A stretch of 64,000 nucleotides of DNA, taken from Lama guanicoe. Taxonomy: Eukaryota. Position 1 is the stretch's first letter. The number at the start of each line of letters is the position of its first letter. Both the position numbers and the translations under genes were made by a program. The stretch is taken from positions 1,243,775 to 1,307,774 of the forward strand of contig MU053994.1 of the NCBI GenBank assembly GCA_013239625.1. The letters run 5' to 3'. Below the pieces are notes generated by a model. The model was not told where the DNA came from. It searched no databases and was given only the letters and a program-made list of their open reading frames with translations. Shown here piece by piece: positions 1-11,549 of the stretch.

Positions 1-924
1 GTAATAGTGAAGCCTGTCAGCCTCCTTGGTAGAAAAGAAACTATGCTAAATGCTTAGAACCAGCATTAAGACTCCTATCAGGCTAGTTTTCTTCCTTTTT
101 TAGTTTGGCTAAAATCTTATGCCTGATTTTTGTTATACAGTGTAGTCAAATTTCAGGCCTTTGGGAACAGCAGTGTGTTTATCTGTAAGATAAACTTTCT
201 CTAACAATGGTTACAGCTACACTGGGTCCAAGACATGTTATGCAACAAAAGTGTTGGCCTTCTGGGATAGAACAGAGGACGAGATTCTGTACCCCTGACT
301 CTGGGATCTTCCCTCTACTTCTGTTTCTTTAAATAATGTTGTCCTTTTCTGTGGACAGAAGCTGTACTTCCTCACTGTGGATCATTAAGTACATGAAGGA
401 AGAGATAAAGGGAAAATTTAGCTTGTAGTTTTATCACGTGGAACTTCCCATGGTTAACAGCTTATCTTCTTTATTTGTTCTCTTTTCTTGGTTTCAATTT
501 CATCTGTAGAATTATAGATGGGATTAGACTCATTTAAAGCTATTCGTTGAGGGGAAGAGAAACTGATAGAGGCCAAGCCTTTGGTTTCACGTTGCTCACG
601 GTTCGATGTATCACACAGTCGCTAACTGTGAGTCCAGCAGTTAGACCCTCCTGCCTGGAACCCCTTGCCACTTTGGATGGCCCTCTCTTATCACACTGCC
701 AGTTCTTTAAGCTAAGCACTCAGTACTTTTTTTTTATTTTTCAAAGATCATCCTTTTAACCAACAGTTTTGAATTCCTACTCTGGGTCAGGCCCAATGCC
801 AGGTGCTTTAACATACATTATTTTACTTAGTTCTACTCTTATATTCTTAGGGTAGGGCCAGTGCCTGGCACACGAAAGATTGGGTAAAGAGAGAAAAGGT
901 ATTTTGGAAGGAATGTGAACACTG

Positions 925-1110
925 GCGTTAAACTGGGTTTGGATTCCAGCCCTTCTGTACAGCTGTGTGACCATGGGCCAGGGATTTAACCACCTTAAGC
1001 CTTAGCGTCCTCATTTGTAAAATAGGTATAATACAATCTTTAATAGAGGCTGGTGGTGAAGATGAAATAAAATGATAAAGGGAAAATTCTGGCACATACA
1101 GTGTGTTCCA
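925..1110 (+). mobile_element. MIR SINE
   Basis: MIR core CTGGGTTTGGATTCCAGCCC...AGCTGTGTGACCATGGGC...CCTCATTTGTAAAATAGG followed by the MIR tail. Confidence 0.85.
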
Positions 1111-1274
1111 TACAGAGAGAATGAATGAAGGAATGAAGAAAGAATGAATGACTGATTAGAGTCCAAGAAACCAATCCAAGGGCTACCGTGGGCATTCACA
1201 TGGAGAAGGAGGATGAACCAAGACCCAAGCCTTGGGCCCCAGGGCCTTCATTCTCTCCCTTCAAATCTGGTCTC

Positions 1275-1470
1275 AGGGGAGGTTCTAACATGAGCCATTG
1301 GATTTTAGGTGTGAGTTTAAGGTGACATGCCCCCTCTCTGAAAAACGTTTGCATTTTAAATTACATTTCTAATCATCTAGTTTAAGTAATGTTTTGTATA
1401 ATTTCAGAGGGTTCACAGTTTCCCCTGGAGCCCATCTGTGAACCCTGTACCACCCATTAAGAACCCCTTA
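1275..1470. mobile_element. Degenerate non-autonomous hAT-Charlie-like DNA transposon
   Basis: Ends GGTTCT... and ...TTAAGAACCCCT; internal TTTCAGAGGGGTTCACAG resembles the copies at 14.57 kb and 36.95 kb. Confidence 0.45.
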
Positions 1471-1589
1471 TGTCTCAACAAATATTGATTGGGAGGTCAC
1501 AGAGAAGTAGATGAGAGACTTGTTGGGTAGGATGCATTTTAATTGGAAGCAAATCAACATACAATTTTAGTAATTGAGGCATGAAGCAA

Positions 1590-2400
1590 TAATCGCCTGA
1601 ACTCTGGTGGTGCCTGTCTGCGTGGGAAGGAAAAACAGATTCCAGAGACCTTAAATGGTGAGAATTGAGCATCGTGAGGTCCAACCAGATGTGAGGAGAG
1701 AGACATAAGGAACAATTCAGAGAGCCTCCCAGCTTTGAACCTAAGCAACCAAGGTAATGGCACTTCCCTTGGGAACTATAAGGCAGTGTAGAGGGCATAG
1801 ATGATAAATTTGGTTGTAGCCATAGTCAATTTGGGGTGGTTGGGAAGCAGCCAGGGTGGAGGGCTGTCTACCAAGCAGTTAGAGATACAAAGTCCTGCAG
1901 GAAAACAGCTCCTTTCAGCACTGGCATTGTGACTCTGTAATGATTAGTGGAAAAATGGGGTCAGAGCTTTAATTTGGGGATCTTCGCCCAGATGTAAGGT
2001 TGGAGGAAGTCAGGAAGGTGAAAAATTGCTTGAGAAAAACAGTGTAGAAAAAAATTCATACAGGACTAAGTACTGAATCTTGAAATAAACCTATTTTTAG
2101 AGTGTAAGCTACAAGAAGTTTAGATAGAGAAGTGGGGAGTAGTGGTGGGAGAGAGGAGATAAGATATAATGCTAAATAGGGGGACATCTCAGCAAAGAAT
2201 GGACCACTCAGCCAGGAAAAGAATGAGGACATAGGCACATCTCAAAAGACTTAGATGGAGACTGAGAGAAAGGCCTCTTTTCCTGCTTTTGGTGAGACAA
2301 CATTTGGGTAAGACATGAGCTGATATCCAGCCTAGGAGAAAGAGACGGGGCAGCACAGGGAATTCTGAGTTTTAATCTGGATGACTGAGAAAATCACTGA
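1590..2400 (-). mobile_element. L2 LINE fragments
   Basis: Purine-rich antisense L2 motifs (CTCCCAGCTTTGAACCTAAGCAACC, GATGATAAATTTGGTTGTAGCCAT, TAATCTGGATGACTGAG). Confidence 0.6.
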
Positions 2401-2619
2401 AGTGTCTGACAGCCTATTAGTGATCAGACTATGTTTTCTGCTTCAGACAGATGGGAGTACCAGATAGAATTTCAGCCCAGTTTATAGGAAACTTGAAAGT
2501 TACAATTTTGTGTACTTGAGTCAGTGACTATAAAATTTATACTGTCCAAAGCATAATAGCTTGATTGTGCGAAAGCATTTATTGTCTTCTCTTTTGACAG
2601 GTGTATTGATAAAGCACCC

Positions 2620-2805
2620 TTCCCTTATCTGATTTGATTCTCCTCATGAGACAGGGAAGGCAGGTGTCAAAGTTCCATTTTACAGATGAGGAAACTGAGG
2701 CTTGGAGAGATAAAGGAATATTGCCAAAGTCACAGGGTTTGTAAGTGGCCGTGCAAGAACCACAAGCCAGGACTTAGGACTCCTGATTCAGTGCTGCTTC
2801 TGTAC
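2620..2805 (-). mobile_element. MIR SINE
   Basis: CCATTTTACAGATGAGGAAACTGAGGCTTGGAGAG...CCAAAGTCACA. Confidence 0.9.
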
Positions 2806-3094
2806 CAGAACTTCTTCCAAGGATCAGGCCAGAGGTTCTCACCAGCCCCTTGGGAGTCTGTTTAGTTTATTTCAGGTTACATAACCCAGGTTATAGAATC
2901 TTATGGATCTTTTGGGTTAATGTGCAGATAATTCTGCTTATTAATTGTAGTGAAATAGCAGTGGTGTGTGTGTGTGTACACACACACTTTGAATAAGCAA
3001 CAATTCAAAGATAATTTTGAATGCTGGGCCTTTCAGCATCCCTCAAATTGCAGGATAACAGCCAAAAGCATTGACTTACTATATGGATTTAGAC

Positions 3095-3210
3095 ATGTTT
3101 CTCCCTTCCCTTTGCCTCAGTTCCTTACCTATAAAATGAGTATGATAATACCTATTTTGTAGGGAGGCAAGGAAGATTAAATGGGGCCATTTGTGTAAAG
3201 TGTCCTGCTC
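3095..3210 (+). mobile_element. MIR SINE fragment
   Basis: GCCTCAGTTCCTTACCTATAAAATGAGTATGATAATACCT. Confidence 0.8.
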
Positions 3211-4499
3211 TATGATCTTCCTGTTGTAAATGAACAACACACTGTGGCCACCATCACCAACACAATCAGTACCCCATGGAGGGCCGCCTAAGATGGCTGC
3301 TCTACTGCCAGGTCCCAGATAATGGCAGGTGTACTTGAGCTGCTCAGGTATGACCAGCTGTGTGGCCTGGGGCTTGGCCATCCTCTTAGCCCCTTCTGTA
3401 GCCTTGAGGAAAAGCTAATCAGGGCAAGATGGAGAGAAATGGATACAAAAGTAAGGCTTGGGAAAGTTATCTAGCCGGATTTAATGGAGAGACTTGCCTC
3501 ACAAAAGAAAGATTGTTCTGGAAAAAGTCTGTTACTGTCTCCTAAGAAGGAAGGTAACCCATGAGGGTTGGATGCTCTACCCTTTTAGACCAGCCCTTTC
3601 CAAATAGTGGCTACAATTCTGCTCACACAATGTATCCATAACGGCAGAGAGTTTAGGGAGACCCAGGAGGAGATAAAGAAGGATCTCAGATGCTGATAGC
3701 CTGGCCAATGATTGGAGACCTGCCCCAGCCCTGGAAATATAGGCCAGACTCCAGAGGGGTTTCTAGGGACTGCAGGCATTCAGAGAATTTGCTGCAAGGG
3801 AGAGAAGTGTGGGAGGATGGAGGAGGGGCTGAAAAGGTATCAGAGACAGGAAGCAGTGGTAATATTTCCATCAATTAAATGATGAGCTTGGAAAATAGTT
3901 GGAGGAAAGCACAGGATAATCTTCCAAGAAGATACACACAGAAAGGAGTCAGTTCCTGAACTTGTGTCGAGATGTCACACTTATTACACCCTGGCTTATG
4001 GCAAGGGTCCAATAAATAATTGCTTGTGGAACCAATGAATTATATACATACCTCACACTGGCGGTTGGCAGGTGAAACCCTGGTTTAGTTCACAGGTAGA
4101 ATGAAAGGCTGGGCCAGCCCTGCCAGTTCTACTTGAGCTAAATGAAACCATGCCTCAAGAAAGAAGTGACTTAGAAAAATAGAAATCGTTACTATGCCAT
4201 TTATATTGCATCTCTTCAGCTGGATTAAGTCCCCCAGCTCTCATGATCTTGATAGGGCTGGGAAATAGGAGAGTGTGGGTGGGGTGGAACAGAGAGCATA
4301 CAGTGCCCTTCTCCTGTCAAAACCTCCTTTGCTCAGTGACTGAGATTTTCTGATCAAACATGTTGTCAATTTATATCTGTGCTGCTTCTAGAGGGGTTTG
4401 CATTTTAAGCATCTTTTGTTGTGGAAAGAAAGTGTGTCTGCTGCTAAAGGGATTTCTGATATCAGGGAGCAGGTTGGGAAGGTTTTTGTGAGGAGCATG

Positions 4500-5060
4500 A
4501 GGGCTGCTGGAGTCTTGGAGGATGGGCTATTGACAACATGGAAGTCACTGGGGAGGGGGATAATTTCAGTGGAGTGGGTGAAGCCAGAAGCCTGATAGGA
4601 AAGGGATCTGGAAAGACTAGGAGAAGAGAAAGTGGAGACAGCAAACTTAAACTTATTTCATTTTAGTTTAACTATAAAAATGGATAAGGGAAATTGAATG
4701 ACAGGGAAATTGAGTGGTAGCTGTCAGTGACAAGCGGATCAAGAGAACCTGCTAAAGGTGGGCCACACCAGAATGTTTATACACAGATGTTACTACCCAG
4801 TCAGGAGGGGAAGTTGATGATTGCAGGAGGAGCGTCTTTGAGGAGGTGAGAGCTGATGGGATTCCAGGGCACAAGGGGGAGGAGTTGGCCTTAGAGCATC
4901 ATGAGAAGGCCCCATACAAGGGAATACAGAGCAGAGTGAAGAGATGCAAGGAGGTGGGGATACTTGGTGGTTGGCTCATGTGGGATTTCACTTCTGATGA
5001 CTTCAATTTTCTCAGTAAATAAGAAGGAAGGCCCTGAGCTGAGAGCAAGGAGGGAATCTT
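4500..5060 (-). mobile_element. L2 LINE fragment
   Basis: ATTTCAGTGGAGTGGGTGAAGCCAGAAGCCTGA...GTGGAGACAGCAAA and CTTCTGATGACTTCAATTTTCTCAGTAAATAAG, typical of antisense L2. Confidence 0.7.
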
Positions 5061-5565
5061 CGATCTTACTCTACTATATTGAACAGCTAAGAATTTTAAT
5101 TTAAAAGTTGTCCTTGTAGGTTTATCTTTTAGAAGCATCAATAATCACTATAACATGTTTATATGACTTTTCAAGCACAATTTTTTTGGGGACTCAGCAA
5201 ATTCAGGTATGCATGGTCTTTAAGAATATTCTCTTCGTAATCAAAACCCAATGCACTGGTCCCAACTGACTTCAGTTTTTCAAGAGAAAATTCACTCCCA
5301 TCTCCCCCAAGGAAACATCAGATAGGGTCTTGTTAGCATTATAACATGAATTTTTAAAAGTTATTCTTTTTTTCCCTCTGGTTTATGGCCATTTTGCATT
5401 TTTAAAAAAGATATTAATAGCATTTACTTCATTCATTTTCCTTTCATTTCAGAAGTCATATGAGAATTGACTATGAATCCCAGTATTTCTCATTCTCTTG
5501 CACACTTAAAAAATTCTCCTTCAGTTGACTGCTCAGTAGATATCCCTGCCTTGTTTTTCCTATTA

Positions 5566-5752
5566 CTGTGGTTGTCAAACTTAAATGCACATCAGGATCC
5601 CAGGAGGGTTAGTTAAAACAAAGTGCTGGGCCCTACCCCCAGAGTTTCTGATTCTGTGGGGCTCAGGTAGGGGTCCAAGATGCTGCATTTCTGAAAAGTT
5701 CCCAGGTTTTGCTGCTGCCACCAATCTGGGGACCACATTTTGAGAGCTACTG
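5566..5752. mobile_element. MER5A (hAT-Charlie MITE)
   Basis: About 187 bp with terminal inverted repeats CTGTGGTTGTCAAA / TTTGAGAGCTACTG and internal CCCAGAGTTTCTGATTC. Confidence 0.85.
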
Positions 5753-8129
5753 CCCTAAGAGATTCTATTTATACTCTCTTCCAATAGTTTTTGAGGAGGG
5801 CCAGGCAGCTGCAAGGCCTCTCTCCAGACCCACAGGAGTGATGGGGAAGATGATAGAAAGGAGGATGGCTCACAAGCTTGCTCTGCCCCTTTTTCTTCCC
5901 CATAAAAACTCCAGAGCTACCCCTGACAGAGGAGACCCTGGGCTGAGTGGACCTTTGGTTGCCCCCACAAGCAACTCTGACAATCCTCATGCCTGTCCAT
6001 GCCTGAAAGCATTCGTGACTGCAGCATCCCCAGGATGCTTTCACCTTTCAAGTCCTGATCCCTAGTGCCCCTTCCCACCCTCCTCTCACCCAAATCGCCT
6101 GGTTCTGCTCAGATCCCTGATCTCTGGCTTCCCCCTGTCTGCTGCCAGTTGCTCCCAGCGAGCTCTTGGTACAGGATGGATGGGCCTTCATAATAACCCT
6201 GGCTGGCAGCTGTGGGGCCAGGGCCTCCCCTTTGAGGCTGGTGTGTCTTTGATTTGTCGACAGATTAGCGGCACACAGAAGCAAAGCCCGTGTAAAAGGC
6301 TGGAATAAAAGGACCAGCTCTCCACATGACACATGCCTGTAGTACACCGTGACTGGCAGGTAGGGGGAAAAGCTATTTGCAGCACCCAGCAAGCTAGACG
6401 CTCGTTCTGAAAAGCCTGCATGGCCTAAAAATACCACAAAGGGTGGGAGGGAGAGAAAGGAAACTTTAGCATGGAATATTTTCAAAAAAATTAAAAATAG
6501 AAAGGCTTTGGTAAATGAGAGTCGCCAGTTGCCATCCCGCTCACCACCTACAGGGCTTTTAGGATTCCCAGCAGACAGCCAGTAGCTGGCATGACAGGAA
6601 CAGTGAAATTATTTCAGGGAATGGAGTCAGGCCACCAGTAGATGGATGGTGGAAGCAAGTGCAGGGAGACAAAAGTGCCATGTGGTGGGCTGAACTGATT
6701 GGGATTGACATTAAGCTGGTCTGGGAATTAATGTGATCCAATAAATGTGGGGTTTGCCTCCGATTTGATGAACCACTTTGTCAGGCTTGCTTAACCTCGG
6801 TCTCAAATCAGTGAAATTGTAAGTTGGCAACAGGACTCTGATTCTGCTCCTCGTCTCGTTAGGATGCTAGGATGCTGCCTTAGATCTGTTGCACTGCCTC
6901 TTCCTCCCTCTCTCCTCCCTTCCCTGCAGCCTCTTCATTCATTCTAAGCTCCAGCAGATAAATGATTTGGTTTAGTTTCATTCTTATCTTTCTTAGAAAA
7001 TGCCTGGGTTAGTGAGGTAAACAAATGTCTTTCCCATGAATGAGTTGCCCTGATCAAGGACCTCATATGTAGACAGCCCTGGCCCAGCATGAGCCAAATA
7101 TTGGGGGACTAAAGCTGTTGCATGATAGTGTAGTCCAGGTTTACCTTGTACCTCTGTTCGGTTCTAAAAGAAAAATGGCACCTGAAAAAAAGACCAGAAT
7201 TCTGCAGAAGAGAAAATGGGTTTTCTGCTCTCTAAGGAGTTCAGCAATTCAACCCATGGTGGAGGGGGAGCACTTAGGAGGGACTGGCAAAGGGGGTAAA
7301 TGCTCTTAAAAAGACACTTCCCTGGGGAGGCCTAGACCAGAAACAATGGAGAAAATCTGGTTTATTTTCCAGTTCCCCTATGAGAGGTGAAGCAGAGAGG
7401 ACCCTCAATAAATGTTGGCTGATTTCAAATGAATGGGTGATGAGCTAGGCTGGCATTCATACCAGACTCTAGGACTTACCATCAAGGCTTTTGCATTTGG
7501 CTGGAGTTTGTTCAGTGATGGGTGTGATGAACTCTTACAGTACTCTGAGGATTGGCTGATTATCACCCCAATAGTGCCTAGGTCACACATTCCCAGCTCC
7601 CAAATTACCAACTTCATGCCAGGGGTCATAGCCAACTCCACCCAGGGAGACAGTTGGCAGGGCCACTGTGTCATCAATGTCTGGTGAGCGTGACCTTAAG
7701 CTGCCCTCACAGTCCAGTCCCATCCTGCTCAGCTCTTAAGCACAGTTACCAGGCCTGTGTGTGTTTGAAAACCCCTCTTCCCATGAATGAATTAGGTCAA
7801 TAAGTATTAAAGGTTGCTGAATTTTCATGGCACTCCCTGAGGAGTTCAGAAGGTTCCATATCATGAATATTCTTAAGATATAAAATGTTGTATCACATAA
7901 GAAGCATCAAAAACCACTAGGGATATACTAAGAGGTATGTAGATAAACAGAGAGTCTGGGCAAAAAGTTGTCTCTTATGGAGTCCCTTACAGTGTTAAAA
8001 TTAGCAACCAGGGCTTAGAATGGAAGATAATTTCATAGATCTTTCCATGGTAACACATCACCGTTCCTTTTCATGACTGGATATTCATGATTTCAAAAGC
8101 AGCAATGGGAAGATTAGGGAAGAGAATGT

Positions 8130-8340
8130 TACTGAGCATCTTTTGTGTGCTTTGTGTGAGGCCAAGGACTTCATATATATAAGCATATCTAATTCTTAAA
8201 ATGTTCCCTTGAGGTGGATATTAAAAATTAGATTTTGAAGTAAAGGAAAGAAAGATTCAGAGAATTAGCTAGACCAGCACACTGATTTTTGGTGTATGAA
8301 TTTGACTAGAGACTTTAGTTAGTCTACAGTACCACACACC
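8130..8340 (-). mobile_element. Degenerate MIR SINE
   Basis: TTACTGAGCATC...ATCTAATTCTTAAAATGTTCCCTTGAGGTGGATATT...GATTCAGAGA. Confidence 0.55.
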
Positions 8341-8729
8341 GAACTGCCAACCAGATTAGCCCAGGGGGCTCAGTAGATAGGCCAGATTTGCTCTGGTCAA
8401 CTGCCAGAGGACAAGGGCAGAGTTATGAGATGGGAGATACCACCATGACCTTGATATGTAATAGAAGCCTACACATTCCTTCTTTGGTGATCAGTGCCAT
8501 AGCAAAATTAAAAATAGAAAACTTACTAGGCAAGAATAACAAATTATAAAACCTAAGACGTGAAACAGTGTTTGCCTCCTCCTAAGGCCCTAGCTGCTCT
8601 TCCTATCCTTCTTAAATTCACCTACTGAATGATGACAGTTTGCTCCAATATTGAAAGGGCTCCTATAATATTTGCAGAATGACTGGTTGGAAAAAAAACT
8701 TGTTTTCAAGAGTCTCAGAGTTCAAAACA

Positions 8730-8952
8730 AGGACCAATAGGTGGGAATTAAAAGAAGGCAGCTTCAAAGCTAACAGGGAGAACTTTCTAGCAAATGGATC
8801 TGTGTGACTATGGGATGGGTTGCTTCAGAATAAGCAAAGTTCTCTCCCTTGGATGTGCTTAAACAGAGGTTTAGAAATGTTGGGGATTTGGCCTTGGATG
8901 AATGTTGGACTCAGTGGTCTCTTAGAGCCTTTAAGGATCTTAGAATTCATGA
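8730..8952 (+). mobile_element. CR1/L3 LINE 3' end
   Basis: GAGAACTTTCTAG...ATGGGTTGCTTC...TTGGATGTGCTTAAACAGAGG...GTTGGACTCAGTGGTCTCT...AATTCATGA follows the order of the L3 3' consensus. Confidence 0.75.
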
Positions 8953-9219
8953 CATATGGCACCAACAGTGCGATGATCAATAGATGACTGAACTCTCTGA
9001 CTTTTCTAACCTGTCATCATGTAGCCTCTGCTTAGTTTGCTCATCATCACCATCAATACTCATGGAAGCTGTAGTGAACCTTAGTTCATTTTCAACTGGA
9101 AACAAAGTTCACTTTTATCTGAGCCAACTCTGGTCTACTATTCAGTGCCAGAAAAAGGGTTTGGGGGATAAGGCCCAAGCCGAACAACTATGTATGGTTC
9201 TCCTTGAGGCATGGAAGAT

Positions 9220-9412
9220 TTAAAGGGAAGACTGGGTGAATGCCGTAAGAAGGGAGGACTGTCCAGGTCCTTTGGAGGTAGTAACTTCTGCCTGCTGAAG
9301 GTGGCCCAGCTCAGGGCAGCTATGACTAGAGCTACAGAAGGACTTGATATTGTGTGGGAGGACAGTTCATTGCCTCTTTAAGACCCCTTCCAATCAAAGA
9401 ATCTATGGATTT
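9220..9412 (+). mobile_element. CR1/L3 LINE 3' end, second copy
   Basis: GGAGGTAGTAACTTCTGCCTGCTGAAGGTG...TAAGACCCCTTCCAATCAAAGAATCTATG. Confidence 0.6.
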
Positions 9413-9519
9413 TTAATGAGGAGCCATTAGGAATAGGAGCTCTGCTCCCTGCTAGCTTTTCCAGGTGAGGGAAACCCTTCACACTTTTCTGCAAAGCAGT
9501 GCATCTGTCAAAGCAAACT

Positions 9520-10740
9520 ATATGCCAATCCTGTGACTTAGCAAGCCACTTCTGGGTATTTATCCTATAGAATATATCTTGGGTTTTACATCCTCCAAAA
9601 TACATCATTAAGAATGTTCATGGTGGAGATTCTTCAAAAAACTAAAAATAGACTTACCATATGATCCAGTAATCCCACTTCTGGGTATATATCTGGAGGG
9701 AACTCTAATTTGAAAAGATACATGCACCCCAATGTTCATAGCAGCACTGTATAGAATAGCCAAGTCATGGAAGCAACCTAAATGGCCATCAACAGATGAC
9801 TGGATAAAGAAGTTGTGGTATATTTATACAATGGAATACTACTAAGCTGTAAAAAAAGAACAAAATAATGCCATTTGTAGCAACATAGATGGACTTAGAG
9901 ATTGTCATTCTAAGTGAAGTAAGCCAGAAAGAGAAAGAAAAATATATGGTATCACTCATATGTGGAGTTAAAAAAAAAGGACACTATGAACTCATCTACA
10001 AAACAGACTCGCAGTCACAGTAAACAATCTTATGGTTACTGGGGAAAGCGGGTGGGAAGGGGTAAATTTGGAGTTTGAGATTTATAAATGTTAGCCACTA
10101 TATATAAAAATAGATTAAAAAAAGTTTCTTCTACAGCACAGGGAACTATGTTCAATATCTTGTAATAACTTTTAATGAAAAAAAGAAAACTAATATATGT
10201 ATGGATATGCGTGAGTTGGACATTGTGCTATATACCAGAAACTGACACATTATAATTGACTGTACTTCAATAGAAAATAAATTAATTAATTAAAAAATTT
10301 GGAAAAAATAGAATGTTCATGGAAGCTTTATTCATAATAGCCCCAGTTAGAAACAACTTATGTGTATCAACAGTAAAATGAATAAGAAAATTCTGGTGTA
10401 TTCATACAATGGAATACCATGCAGCAGTGAAAAATTAGTGGTTCCTGATACACGCAACACTGGTGTGTTTCATAGACATAAGATTGAGTGAAAGAAGTTA
10501 GATGTCAAAAAATAGTATGATTTCGTTTATGTGAAGTCCCAACATAGGCAAAAAATAATCTATAGTGAGCAAAGTATGAACAGTAGTTATCTTTGGCAGG
10601 GTTGCGGGTGGTAACTGAGATGGGGCATGGAGACAATTTTGGGATAGCTGGAAATGTTCTATATCTTAATCTGATGGTGAATAAATGTAAAAACTCACGT
10701 AACTGTGATCTTTCCATTTTGCTGTATGAAGGCTACCCCC
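9520..10740 (+). mobile_element. Old L1M (L1ME/MC-like) 3' fragment, split by a younger L1
   Basis: GACTTAGCAAGCCACTTCTGGGTATTTATCC before 9623 resumes after 10322 as AAGCTTTATTCATAATAGCCCC...TATTCATACAATGGAATAC...GGAAATGTTCTATATCTT. Confidence 0.8.
9624..10309 (+). mobile_element. Younger 5'-truncated L1 (ORF2 C-terminus, 3'UTR, A-rich tail), cetartiodactyl/camelid-like
   Basis: Translates to WRFFKKLKIDLPYDPVIPLLGIY...KDTCTPMFIAAL...WKQPKWPSTDDWIKKLWYIYTMEYY with in-frame stops; AATAAA at 10276; TSD AGAATGTTCATGG at 9611-9623 and 10310-10322. Confidence 0.95.
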
Positions 10741-10969
10741 CCATATATGTATATATATATGGAGGACAGCTTCTTTCCCATAAAGACTGGGTTATAGTCT
10801 GGATTCTTTTGGCATTCCATGTTAAGGGAAAATATCTGATCTTGTGGCTTTGGTATACTGATCCTTGAACAAAAGGAAGTATTGGACTGGTACTACTGCA
10901 ACCTGTAACCACTCATTATGGAAGATAATATAACGTTATTATACAGATTTAAAAATGCTTTGACTCAAA

Positions 10970-11170
10970 TTTTGGCTCCTAGACTTAGGTTTTATTTCCA
11001 GGTCCCCCAGTAACTTGCTGTGTGTACTCAGTGTTTTTGTCTTTGGGGGACTCAGTATTCTTGTAAATGTAATGGTGACTCATTCATTCAAAAAGTATTT
11101 ATTAAATGCCTACCACGTGCAAGGCTAGATGTGTGGGAGAAACAGATAAATCATACTCTCACAGTTGAGA
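10970..11170. mobile_element. MIR fragment (+) abutting an L2 3' end (-)
   Basis: AGTAACTTGCTGTGTG...CTCAGTATTCTTGTAAATG, then CATTCATTCAAAAAGTATTTATTAAATGCCTACC. Confidence 0.6.
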
Positions 11171-11549
11171 GACTCAACTGAAACACTACATGTAAAATTG
11201 TATTATAAAAAGAAAGTTACAGCAACACAAGAATTTATTAAGACATGACAATTATGGTAAATGCCCGATTCAGTGCAATAAGGTAATTCTTTACCTCAGA
11301 AAATTAATACTTTGGCTAAAATATTATTCTCAGTCTTTTGTGTATACAAACTTTTGCATCTAATTGGAAAGTTTACTCTGTACTGTGATTTTTCAAGTTC
11401 AACAGCACCTTTAGATGTTAGTGTGATATGAATTGAGGAAGATTAAACATAGAGTTTAGTGTGTTGGATATAATATGGTTATTTAACTTTGAAACCAAGT
11501 GTGTTTTGTGTCCAGTTGCTTTTCCATGTTCTGGAAAGCTACAAAATGC

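Noticed and set aside
2581..2600. Splice-acceptor-like TCTTCTCTTTTGACAG
   Set aside because: It runs into a MIR within about 20 bp and I see no convincing donor or coding frame.
5120..5206. Possible 87-nt cassette exon (TTGTAG / CAG-GTATGC), open in one frame as VYLLEASIIT...
   Set aside because: Weak polypyrimidine tract, unrecognisable peptide and no partner exons; spliced RNA-seq reads would be needed.
6048..6485. 145-aa minus-strand ORF
   Set aside because: No recognisable homology and a non-ATG start; the region is better explained as GC-richer non-coding DNA.
6635..6647. CTCF-like CCAGTAGATGGAT
   Set aside because: It mismatches the conserved 3' GGC-purine positions, and single weak matches are common.
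9624..9970. L1 ORF2 as a functional CDS
   Set aside because: 5'-truncated, with in-frame stops and frameshifts.
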